Notes under the pieces: generated by a model
The model's input: the letters and a program-made list of their open reading frames with translations, nothing else
Database searches by the model: none
What the model was told of the DNA's origin: nothing
Translations under genes and position numbers: made by a program
From: an uncultured Alistipes sp.
GTDB taxonomy: Bacteria > Bacteroidota > Bacteroidia > Bacteroidales > Rikenellaceae
Reading direction: 5' to 3'
Length of the DNA stretch: 64,000 nucleotides
Assembly (NCBI GenBank): GCA_900769405.1
Contig: CAAGGL010000024.1
Coordinates: 31,749-95,748 of the forward strand
Shown: positions 38,637-47,369 of the stretch, one piece after another
Layout of the letters: every line of letters begins with the position of its first letter
How positions within the stretch are numbered: the stretch's first letter is position 1

Positions 38637-39977
38637 CTATCGACGGAAACCGCCACCGCGACGCATCTGCGCCATCTTCTGCTGCAAGCCGCCGCCTGCA
38701 ACCATCTTCATCATCTTGCGGGTCTGCTCGAACTGTTTGAGCAGCTTGTTCACGTCGGCCATAGTCGTACCGCTACCTTTGGCGATACGCTCACGGCGCG
38801 AGGCGTTGATGATCGACGGATTCTCGCGCTCGGCGGGGGTCATCGAACCGATGATAGCCTCGGTCTGCTTGAATGCATCGTCGGGAATATCAATATCTTT
38901 CAGCGCCTTACCCATACCGGGGATCATCGAGGCAACGTCCTTCAAGTTACCCATCTTCTTCACCTGGTCGATCTGTGCAAGGAAGTCGTTGAAGTTGAAC
39001 TGATCCTTCACCAACTTTTTCTTCAACTTGCGAGCCTCCTCTTCGTCGTACTGCTCCTGAGCGCGCTCAACCAGCGAAACGACGTCACCCATACCGAGGA
39101 TTCGGTCGGCCATACGTTCGGGGTGGAACACCTGCAAGGCATCCATCTTCTCGCCGTTCGAGATGAACTTCAAGGGCTTGTTTACCACCGAGCGAATCGA
39201 GATCGCTGCACCACCGCGGGTATCACCGTCGAGCTTGGTCAGTACCACGCCGTCGAAATCCAGACGCTCGTTGAACTCGCGTGCGGTGTTCACTGCGTCC
39301 TGACCCGTCATCGAATCGACAACGAACAGCGTCTCGCAAGGATTCACCGCAGCCTTCACTGCCTCGATCTCCTGCATCATCTGCTCATCGACAGCCAGAC
39401 GACCTGCCGTATCGACGATTACCGTATTGATCGTTTTGCTACGAGCGTAGCGAATTGCGTTCTGTGCGATCTCAACGGGGTTCTTGTTGCCCTCTTCGGT
39501 ATAGACCTCGACGCCAACCTGCTGACCGAGGATCTTCAACTGATCGATAGCCGCAGGACGATATACGTCACCGGCTACGAGCAGCACCGAGCGATTGCGC
39601 TTTGTGCGCAACATCGACGCCAATTTACCCGAGAAAGTGGTCTTACCCGAACCCTGCAAACCTGCGATCAGGATCACTGCGGGCGAGCCTTCGAGACGGA
39701 TGTCGGTTGCCGTGCCACCCATCAAAGCGGCCAATTCGTCGCGTACGATCTTGGTCATCATCTGACCCGGCTTAACCGATTTCAGTACGTCCTGACCCAG
39801 CGCCTTCTGCTTCACCTGATCGGTGAACGACTTGGCTACCTTGTAGTTAACGTCGGCATCGATCAGCGCGCGACGGATCTCCTTGACCGTTTCGGCCACG
39901 TTGATCTCAGTGATGCGACCCTCACCTTTAAGGATCTTAAATGAGCGTTCGAGTTTATCTGTTAAGTTTTCAAACAT
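38637..39977 (-). CDS. ffh: signal recognition particle protein Ffh
   Basis: 446 aa; N, G (GLQGSGKTT) and Met-rich M domains. Confidence 0.92.
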   Translation of the reverse strand: MFENLTDKLERSFKILKGEGRITEINVAETVKEIRRALIDADVNYKVAKSFTDQVKQKALGQDVLKSVKPGQMMTKIVRDELAALMGGTATDIRLEGSPAVILIAGLQGSGKTTFSGKLASMLRTKRNRSVLLVAGDVYRPAAIDQLKILGQQVGVEVYTEEGNKNPVEIAQNAIRYARSKTINTVIVDTAGRLAVDEQMMQEIEAVKAAVNPCETLFVVDSMTGQDAVNTAREFNERLDFDGVVLTKLDGDTRGGAAISIRSVVNKPLKFISNGEKMDALQVFHPERMADRILGMGDVVSLVERAQEQYDEEEARKLKKKLVKDQFNFNDFLAQIDQVKKMGNLKDVASMIPGMGKALKDIDIPDDAFKQTEAIIGSMTPAERENPSIINASRRERIAKGSGTTMADVNKLLKQFEQTRKMMKMVAGGGLQQKMAQMRRGGGFRR

Positions 39978-40026
39978 ATCCTATTTCGATTTATTTCGGA
40001 GCGCAAAGATACGATTTTATTTTGAT

Positions 40027-41196
40027 TTACAACTTTTCGTAAGCCTCTTTCAACTGAGCCATTGCCTGTTCGAGTACCGAGCGCGAGGTGCCGATGTTCA
40101 TACGAACAAAACCGCGACCCTCCTCGCCGAATGTTGCACCGTTGTTCAGACCGATGCGCGCCTTGTTGGTCCAGAAGTCGAGCATCTGGTCGTGCTCCAT
40201 ACCCAGATCGCGGCAATCGAGCCACATCAGGAAGGTACCCTGCTGCTTGTAGTGACGGATCTTGGGGCAGTTCTCGTCGAGGAATTTACCAACGTAGTCG
40301 ATGTTGCCTGCGATGTACTCCATCACCTCGTTAAGCCACTCTTCACCCTCGTTGTAGGCCACTTCGAGAGCTGCTGTGCCGAAGATGTTGCCGCCACTGG
40401 CGTGGGTGCGATCGCACTCGGCGTTGAACTTAGCGCGCAACTCCTCGTCGGGAATGATCGTAACCGATGTAGCCAAACCTGCGATGTTGAAGGTCTTGCT
40501 CGGCGCAGTCAGCGTGATTGTGCGGTGAGCCAGATCCTCGTTGAGCGACGCGATGCTGCGGAACTCGTTGGGCTTGATGATCAGGTCGGCGTGAATTTCG
40601 TCCGAGATGATCTTCACGTCGTGCTTGCGGCACAATTCGCCCACGCGCAGCAACTCCTCCTCCGAGAAGACGCGACCCGTCGGGTTGTGGGGCGAGCAGA
40701 AGAGCAGCGCCTTTGCTCCCTCCAACTTGCGGTCGAGATCCTCGAAATCGATCTCGAAACGACCATCGACGATCTTCATCGGGTTGTTGATCAGACGGCG
40801 GTTGTTCTGGTTGATCATATCTGCAAACGGCGGATATACAGGCGGTTGTATCACAACGCCGTCACCCTCGTTGGTCAATGCACGAATCGCAAAAGCGAAA
40901 CCGGCCACCACACCGGGCGAGAAACCGAGCCACTCGCGCTCGACCGTCCAATTGTGGCGACGCTTCTGCCAGTTGACGATAGCGTCGAAATAGCTTGCGG
41001 GACGAATACCGTAGCCATAAACCTGATGGTTAGCGCGACGAATCACCGCCTCGGTAATCTCGGGCATCACTTCAAAATCCATATCGGCGATCCACATCGA
41101 GATGATGTCGTCACGACCGAAGACGTTAAGATTTTCGTCGAATTTGATACAAGCGGTTCCTTTACGACAAGGAACAGAGTCAAAGTTATATTTCAT
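40027..41196 (-). CDS. PLP-dependent C-S lyase / class I-II aminotransferase (MalY/PatB-like cystathionine beta-lyase)
   Basis: 389 aa; PLP-Lys region SAPSKTFNIAGL. Confidence 0.75.
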   Translation of the reverse strand: MKYNFDSVPCRKGTACIKFDENLNVFGRDDIISMWIADMDFEVMPEITEAVIRRANHQVYGYGIRPASYFDAIVNWQKRRHNWTVEREWLGFSPGVVAGFAFAIRALTNEGDGVVIQPPVYPPFADMINQNNRRLINNPMKIVDGRFEIDFEDLDRKLEGAKALLFCSPHNPTGRVFSEEELLRVGELCRKHDVKIISDEIHADLIIKPNEFRSIASLNEDLAHRTITLTAPSKTFNIAGLATSVTIIPDEELRAKFNAECDRTHASGGNIFGTAALEVAYNEGEEWLNEVMEYIAGNIDYVGKFLDENCPKIRHYKQQGTFLMWLDCRDLGMEHDQMLDFWTNKARIGLNNGATFGEEGRGFVRMNIGTSRSVLEQAMAQLKEAYEKL

Positions 41197-41293
41197 TTTT
41201 TGTCAATTAATTGCACATTGAGAGCCTTAGAGCGTACAAATATATAAAAAAAACGTGTATCTTTGACCCCTGAAAACGATATATTATCATTCG

Positions 41294-42775
41294 ATGAATA
41301 ATTTTGATGAGAAAAAGGGTGGACAGCACGTCGTGACTGACGCCCCCACCTACCAGAAATTTGCGCGCGACAAGCGAGTTCGCACCACTGGTGCTGTGAA
41401 AGTTGAGCCCGTTTCGCGCCGTGAGAATGCGGAGAGCACCAACCGTGAAGGTCGCACGTTCAACCGCGACGAGCGCAACAACTACAAGCGTTCATATAAC
41501 AATGATCGAGGCAGCCGTCCGATGGACGAGAACCGCCCTCGCGCATCGTATAACCCCAATTTTACACGCGACAATCGTCCTGTATTCCGTTCGGAGGAGT
41601 CGGGTGAGGAGCGTCCGCGCCGTCAGTTCAACCGCGACTTCAATCGCGATGGCGAGCGCGGCACATTCAACCGCGATTTCAACCGCGACGGCGAGCAGCG
41701 TCCCTATAACCGCGAGCGCCGATTCAATTCGGAGGATCGCCCGCAGCGTTCGTTCAATCGCGACTATAATCGTGATAATCAGCGTGATTTTAACCGCTCG
41801 GAGGAGCGTGGCTATAATTCGTTCCGCTCGGAGCAGTCGGGTGAGGAGCGTCCGCGCCGTCAGTTCAACCGCGACTTCAACCGCGATGGCGAGCGTCGTC
41901 AGTTCAATCGTTCGGAGCGTCCGAATGGTTTCCGCCAGCGCGATGAGCAGGGTGGTTTCCGTCAGCGCAACGACGAGCAGCGCCCCGTTCGCACTAAGTC
42001 GGCATATAGTGCAGGTGAGATTCCCGAGTCGTATCCTCGTTTCGCAGCACCTCAGCAGGAGGGCGAGATTCGCCTGAACCGTTACATCGCGCAGTCGGGC
42101 TTGTGCTCGCGTCGCGAGGCTGACGAGCTGATCGCTGACGGCAAGGTTACGGTTAATGGTGTTGTTGTTACCGAGATGGGTACGAAGGTTCAGCAGACCG
42201 ACGAGGTGTGCGTGAACGAGAGCCGCGTAGTGAGCGAGAAGAAGGTTTACATCTTGATGAACAAGCCTAAGGGTTATGTTACGACGGTCGAGGACGACCA
42301 CGCAACCAAGACCGTGATGGACATCGTTAAGGGTGCTTGCTCGGAGCGTATCTACCCCGTAGGTCGCTTGGATAAGAATTCGTTGGGCGTGCTGTTGATG
42401 ACCAACGATGGCGACTTGACCAAGACTCTGACTCACCCCTCGTTCGAGAAGCGTAAGGTATATCAAGTGACTCTCGATAAGCCGCTTACGAAGGCTGATA
42501 TGGAGCAGATCGTTGAGGGTATTACTCTCGATGACGGCTTTATTCAGGCCGATGAGGTTAGCTACGTGAACGAGAGCAAGAAGGAGGTCGGCATCGAGAT
42601 TCACTCGGGTCGCAACCGTATCGTGCGCCGTATTTTCGAGCATCAGGGCTATACGGTTACCAAGCTCGACCGCGTGCTGTTTGCTGGCTTGACCAAGAAG
42701 AATTTGAAGCGAGGCCAGTGGCGTTTCCTGACTCCTCAGGAGGTCGGAATGCTCAAATCGGGCCGTTATGAGTAA
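41294..42775 (+). CDS. rluB: rRNA pseudouridine synthase (RluB/RsuA family) with ~250-aa N-terminal R/N/D/E-rich repeat extension
   Basis: C-terminal S4 domain (RLNRYIAQSGLCSRREADELI) and pseudouridine synthase catalytic motif (VGRLDKNSLGVLLMTNDGDL); N-terminal FNRDFNRDGE repeats. Confidence 0.85.
   Translation: MNNFDEKKGGQHVVTDAPTYQKFARDKRVRTTGAVKVEPVSRRENAESTNREGRTFNRDERNNYKRSYNNDRGSRPMDENRPRASYNPNFTRDNRPVFRSEESGEERPRRQFNRDFNRDGERGTFNRDFNRDGEQRPYNRERRFNSEDRPQRSFNRDYNRDNQRDFNRSEERGYNSFRSEQSGEERPRRQFNRDFNRDGERRQFNRSERPNGFRQRDEQGGFRQRNDEQRPVRTKSAYSAGEIPESYPRFAAPQQEGEIRLNRYIAQSGLCSRREADELIADGKVTVNGVVVTEMGTKVQQTDEVCVNESRVVSEKKVYILMNKPKGYVTTVEDDHATKTVMDIVKGACSERIYPVGRLDKNSLGVLLMTNDGDLTKTLTHPSFEKRKVYQVTLDKPLTKADMEQIVEGITLDDGFIQADEVSYVNESKKEVGIEIHSGRNRIVRRIFEHQGYTVTKLDRVLFAGLTKKNLKRGQWRFLTPQEVGMLKSGRYE
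41586..41658 (+). repeat. 73-nt direct repeat copy 1 inside rluB 5' extension
   Basis: near-identical to 41823-41895 (in-frame, 237 nt apart). Confidence 0.85.
41823..41895 (+). repeat. 73-nt direct repeat copy 2 inside rluB 5' extension
   Basis: near-identical to 41586-41658. Confidence 0.85.
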
Positions 42776-42806
42776 CCTATCGGTTGCAAGCAGAATATAA
42801 CAAATC

Positions 42807-42846
42807 GAGGGTCGCCCCATTTCGGGAGCGACCCTCACTCTTTTTG
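42807..42846. terminator. bidirectional rho-independent terminator
   Basis: GAGGGTCGC-cccatttcgggag-CGACCCTC followed by ACTCTTTTTGT between rluB and OMP gene. Confidence 0.75.
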
Positions 42847-42862
42847 TACGCGAGTATGGCGT

Positions 42863-43447
42863 TTAGAACACGAAACCTACGCCAATGCTGAAAGCGTGCG
42901 CATTGAACTTAGCAGCCTCGACACTTGCGCCATTTGTGCCTACTGGGCGCATCACCTCTTGATGATTCTGCATAAAGTGATAGCCGGCAGTGAGGTCGAT
43001 TTTGAAACGCGGTGCGATATGGAATCGGTAACCTCCGCCAATACCGCCCTGCATACCGACGTGAACTTTATCGGGACCGCTGAAATTTACACCCGCGTTT
43101 GCGTATGTGAGCCAGCGACTGCGATTTACATCGTCGTTCCAGAAGTGTTTAGCCTCGAACAATACGGGCACGCCATAGCTTGTTGCTCCCGTTACAAGAC
43201 CAACGGTCCAGCGCGGAGTGATGGCATAGTCGAAGTTAAGAGTAATCATATGAGCGCCTCTAAGATCGCCAACTTTTGTGCGGTCGATATTATCATTTTT
43301 ATATGTTTCCGACGCAAAGATTGAGATATCATATCCCACACCAAACGAGAACGGACCTTTGGGTTTCTTTTGTGTTTCGGTTGATGTCTGTGCCGCTGCA
43401 CTCGCTGCGAGCATTAGCATTACGGCCAAAGTGATTAGTTTCTTCAT
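42863..43447 (-). CDS. small outer-membrane beta-barrel protein (OMP_b-brl / porin family; paralog of 35610-36146)
   Basis: 194 aa; signal peptide, C-terminal FSIGVGFVF; aligns along whole length with 35610-36146 product; intermediate (~50%) GC. Confidence 0.65.
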   Translation of the reverse strand: MKKLITLAVMLMLAASAAAQTSTETQKKPKGPFSFGVGYDISIFASETYKNDNIDRTKVGDLRGAHMITLNFDYAITPRWTVGLVTGATSYGVPVLFEAKHFWNDDVNRSRWLTYANAGVNFSGPDKVHVGMQGGIGGGYRFHIAPRFKIDLTAGYHFMQNHQEVMRPVGTNGASVEAAKFNAHAFSIGVGFVF

Positions 43448-43456
43448 AATGCCTAT

Positions 43457-44041
43457 TTATTTTTTGTTAAGACGTCCGCCACCGATACAAATGCCTAATG
43501 AAAGTCGGAAATTTTGGTAATTAGCTTTGGTTATTCCGTATGACATCGTGAATCGAAAGCGGTTGTAAAACTCTATACCCACACGAGGAGTGCATATTGC
43601 TGAATGCATTCTCTGATCTTGATAATTTTGGGTATTATCATAGTCAAAGCTATAATCGTAAACATTACTTGCTCCGATATAGCCAATCCCAATTCCCACA
43701 AATGGTGCAAAATTGCTACCACGTCGAAAATTGTAATCGCTAAAAACTTGCAATGTTGTAGAGCGTGTTTGAACGTCAAATTTTTCAGTGATGACACGAC
43801 CTCCGAAAGATTGGTCAAAACGAACTCCGATGTCAAATGGTTTCTCGAAATTATGGCGTAATTCGAGTCCGAGATTTACGCCTATTATATTTTTGCCTGC
43901 AAGTTTCTGACCAGCTGCATTGAATCCCAAACTAACTTCCCCTTCAAGATCTTTGACGGGCTGACTTGTAGTTGTCTGTGCCGTTGCAGTAGCAGTTGCG
44001 ATGAGCAATGACGTAGCAATTAATATGATAATTCTTTTCAT
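43457..44041 (-). CDS. second small outer-membrane beta-barrel-like protein, divergent type
   Basis: 194 aa; signal peptide, beta-strand periodicity, but ends GGGRLNKK rather than aromatic; AT-rich. Confidence 0.5.
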   Translation of the reverse strand: MKRIIILIATSLLIATATATAQTTTSQPVKDLEGEVSLGFNAAGQKLAGKNIIGVNLGLELRHNFEKPFDIGVRFDQSFGGRVITEKFDVQTRSTTLQVFSDYNFRRGSNFAPFVGIGIGYIGASNVYDYSFDYDNTQNYQDQRMHSAICTPRVGIEFYNRFRFTMSYGITKANYQNFRLSLGICIGGGRLNKK

Positions 44042-44074
44042 AGTAACTAAGATTTTATTTGATGTACTTAATTA

Positions 44075-45667
44075 TTATTCACCTGTTGTAATATATGCAC
44101 CTTTCCATTTTCCTTCATATTTTACAGCGGCATATACCATTCCACGGTTAAGTTTTGTAATAATAATTTCAGGCTGCACTGCATTATAGTCAATAAATCC
44201 CAAACCATTGCCGAGAGATAGTCCTACCGCAATGCCATAAGGCATTGGAATGAAATTAAAATGAGTCGCTTCGCGTCCTTGACCAAATGCTTCTCTTTCG
44301 CCTTGTGGTAACAAGAAGTGATATCGGTTGTCCTTCTCTTTATTTATAGCTACAATACCATACTCGTCAAAATACTTACTTTGCTCGCTGCTACTCGTTT
44401 CTGCTTTCCACTTTCTAATTTTTGTTTGAACTTCGTTGTTTATATATCGACTATAAAGCAAGGTGGTGTACCCATTTGTATAATCGAATTGATTGCTATT
44501 CAGTTTGAAGAACACAATTTGTTTGTCTTCTACGTCAAAATCCTGCTTAATATAATATGGCATATCTCCATATTGTGCATATGGTTTCTTAGAATAATCT
44601 ACAATCAGTTCTATGCCACTCCAACCATATCGGAACTCATCAGCTTTTTTTCTAAACCAAAAACCCGAAATTTTCTTTTGCATTCTAACTGTCATACCAG
44701 TTGAAATCCAAATACCGTAGTTCTGCGAATACATTCGCAAACGCATACGATGTTTATTATCGAAATAGTTTGAAATGACAGTGCTTGTGCCTAACATATC
44801 AGATAGGAATCCGAAACTTTCGTGTGATTTGTCCTTATATACACAAGACACAATATCACTCTTTGGAATACCTATTTGATCTCGTAGGATTAAATATCCC
44901 GATGTTGTCAAAGCCGATTTTGCCATATGGTGCGGATAATCCGCATAGTATACCTCTTCTGGTACATTTGTATCATCACCCTCTCCCTCATCATCGTCTG
45001 TTGCTGGTGGAAGGACAAATTCGGGGTCGGGATTCGGTAGTGGTACTAAGTTGTCGCGATAGATTGTGCGAATGGGGAAATAGCCGTAGACAATACCATC
45101 AGCAAGTAGTGTTTCCGAGTTTACGGTCATACCCGTAGTGTCTACCGTTTCTAAGACGTTTTCGATATACGTAACATCTTCATTTGCATCGTAGATAATG
45201 TAACCATTTTCTACGATACGGTACACACTGTCAGCAACTTGCACCTCGCGGTCAGCATTGAGCACAGCACACATATACGGATCCCAAACGATCGAATCTT
45301 CGGGTTCGTATTCGAGTTCTTCGGCTGAAATTACAGCCAATTCCTCGTTGGATAATCCGACGATGCCTTGCGCAGCGAGCGACTCGCGCAAAGATACAAA
45401 TGTAGTGTCCTCCTCGCCATCGACTGAGCGAGTAGTAGCAGATTTCGGCAACGTTAATTGCTTACTCTCTTTGAGTTGGTTAAGTTGGGCAACAATGTTT
45501 GCTTTTGTGGCAAACACAAGTCGAGAAGAAGATACGCCTTCGACGTAAGATAGTTCTTGGCTTTCGTTGTCAGACTGATTAGGAATTTCGTAGCCTGTCA
45601 GGTCTTGATCACAAGCGAAGAAAGAGGTGGCAGCTACGAAAACGAAGATTGTGAAAATCTTTTTCAT
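44075..45667 (-). CDS. surface lipoprotein of unknown family (module B; paralog of 33906-35597)
   Basis: ~530 aa from MKKIFTIFVFVAATSFFAC; post-Cys DQDLT; acidic linker DDDEGEGDD; conserved blocks VADSVYRIV.. / RMRLRMYSQNYG.. align with module A. Confidence 0.65.
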   Translation of the reverse strand: MKKIFTIFVFVAATSFFACDQDLTGYEIPNQSDNESQELSYVEGVSSSRLVFATKANIVAQLNQLKESKQLTLPKSATTRSVDGEEDTTFVSLRESLAAQGIVGLSNEELAVISAEELEYEPEDSIVWDPYMCAVLNADREVQVADSVYRIVENGYIIYDANEDVTYIENVLETVDTTGMTVNSETLLADGIVYGYFPIRTIYRDNLVPLPNPDPEFVLPPATDDDEGEGDDTNVPEEVYYADYPHHMAKSALTTSGYLILRDQIGIPKSDIVSCVYKDKSHESFGFLSDMLGTSTVISNYFDNKHRMRLRMYSQNYGIWISTGMTVRMQKKISGFWFRKKADEFRYGWSGIELIVDYSKKPYAQYGDMPYYIKQDFDVEDKQIVFFKLNSNQFDYTNGYTTLLYSRYINNEVQTKIRKWKAETSSSEQSKYFDEYGIVAINKEKDNRYHFLLPQGEREAFGQGREATHFNFIPMPYGIAVGLSLGNGLGFIDYNAVQPEIIITKLNRGMVYAAVKYEGKWKGAYITTGE

Positions 45668-45797
45668 AGCTAAATTTTTTAATGTGTTAATGAACTTTGT
45701 GTACGCGTACACCACAAAGGTAGGTAAAAGTTCCTACCATTGTTCTCTTTTTATAAAAAAATTACTTTTTTCGATTTTTAAGAGCAATACCTATATA

Positions 45798-47126
45798 TTA
45801 TAGTTCCTCGGCGCGAGGGATTATGCCTCGGATACCGCCCGCCATTAGGTATTGAAGAACACCACGCGCAACCATAAACAGCAGGAATGCCAACCACAGA
45901 GCGTCGTTGCCCCACACGCCTCGCAGCGAGAAGAAGATCGCAAAATAGAGTACCAATGCGCAGACCATCGAATTACGCAATATGCGCGTCATTGTCGCAC
46001 CGATCATAATTCCGTCCATTAGGAACGGCGCAAAACCCGCTAACGGCGCGATGATAATCCACACTCGATACCTCGCCGCCGTAGCCATAATGGCCGCTGT
46101 TTCTGTCGGGTCGCCATCGACAAAGAGTCCCAGCAACCACTCCCAGCCGACCGTATATGCAGCCACATAGACAAGCGCAATCACCAGACTGATGCGGAAC
46201 ATACGCCCCGCTGCATCGCGCAACGACTCGGCATCGCGCGCCCCGACGAAACGTCCCGTCAGCGCCTCCGCTGCGTATGCCACGCCGTCGCTCATATACG
46301 AGAAGAGCGAGAAGAGCTGCATCATCAGCGAATTAACCGCCAAAATCGTCGGGTCGCCCATACGTGCCGCCGCCGCAGTGAAGAATGTGTAGGCCACACA
46401 CAGACAGAACGAGCGAATGAAAATATCTCGATTGACCGCAAAGAAACGACCCATAGCCTGCAATTTGAGCGCACGGCGCAGATTTGCCAACCGCACCACA
46501 TCGCGGTAACGCCACGCAATCGCCACCACAGCCATCGCCACGCCACTATATTGAGCCACGACCGTACCCCACGCAACGCCCTCCAAACCCATTCCGAGTC
46601 CGAAAGCGAACCAAATGCTGCCACCGATATTCACGACATTCTGCGCCAATGCGATCAACATTGGGGTCGAGGAGTTCTGCATACCGATAAACCATCCGTT
46701 GAGCGCAAAGAGCGAGATCGCCGCCGGTACCGCCCAGATACGCGCAAAGAAGTAACGGCGCACCAGCTCGTCGCCATTCATCAACCAAATCGCAAAATCA
46801 CCAACGGGGCGGCGCAGCAGCAGGAGTAGGGTAGCAAGCACTACCGCCATCACGCAACCGCGCACCAGCAGATCGGCGCACTCCTCTTTGCGCTTGGCAC
46901 CGAAGGCCTGCGCCGTCAGACCGCTTGTGCCCATACGCAGGAACGAGCAGTTCCAATAGATGAAATTGAAGATCGATGTTCCGATCGCTAACGCACCAAT
47001 GGTAGCGGTCGAGTCACCCAGACGCCCCGCAATAGCCATATCGGCCATACCCAAAAGAGGTACGGTCACGTTCGACACGATATTGGGAATCGTAAGTCGC
47101 CATATTTCGCGGGTCATCGGTTTCAT
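45798..47126 (-). CDS. MATE family efflux transporter
   Basis: 442 aa, 12 predicted TM helices, MATE N-terminal pattern IPNIVSNVTVPLLGMADMAIAGRLG. Confidence 0.8.
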   Translation of the reverse strand: MKPMTREIWRLTIPNIVSNVTVPLLGMADMAIAGRLGDSTATIGALAIGTSIFNFIYWNCSFLRMGTSGLTAQAFGAKRKEECADLLVRGCVMAVVLATLLLLLRRPVGDFAIWLMNGDELVRRYFFARIWAVPAAISLFALNGWFIGMQNSSTPMLIALAQNVVNIGGSIWFAFGLGMGLEGVAWGTVVAQYSGVAMAVVAIAWRYRDVVRLANLRRALKLQAMGRFFAVNRDIFIRSFCLCVAYTFFTAAAARMGDPTILAVNSLMMQLFSLFSYMSDGVAYAAEALTGRFVGARDAESLRDAAGRMFRISLVIALVYVAAYTVGWEWLLGLFVDGDPTETAAIMATAARYRVWIIIAPLAGFAPFLMDGIMIGATMTRILRNSMVCALVLYFAIFFSLRGVWGNDALWLAFLLFMVARGVLQYLMAGGIRGIIPRAEEL

Positions 47127-47369
47127 TGCAACTCTTTTTTGAAGAGTACAAAAATAATATTTTGCAGGCTGAAAAACAAACCAATCCGTAACCTTTGTAA
47201 CTTGCTGAGATACAGAGCGAGGGCTTTCCTGCTCGGAAAATAGTTAAAAAATATGTTGCGAATTAAAAGTTTTTGTATAATTTTGTATTATTGTACGTCT
47301 GTGTAGGAGGTGCATTTGAAACGGGAAACGCAAACAAACTTAATATTAATTCTAAAAAATCTGTAACTT

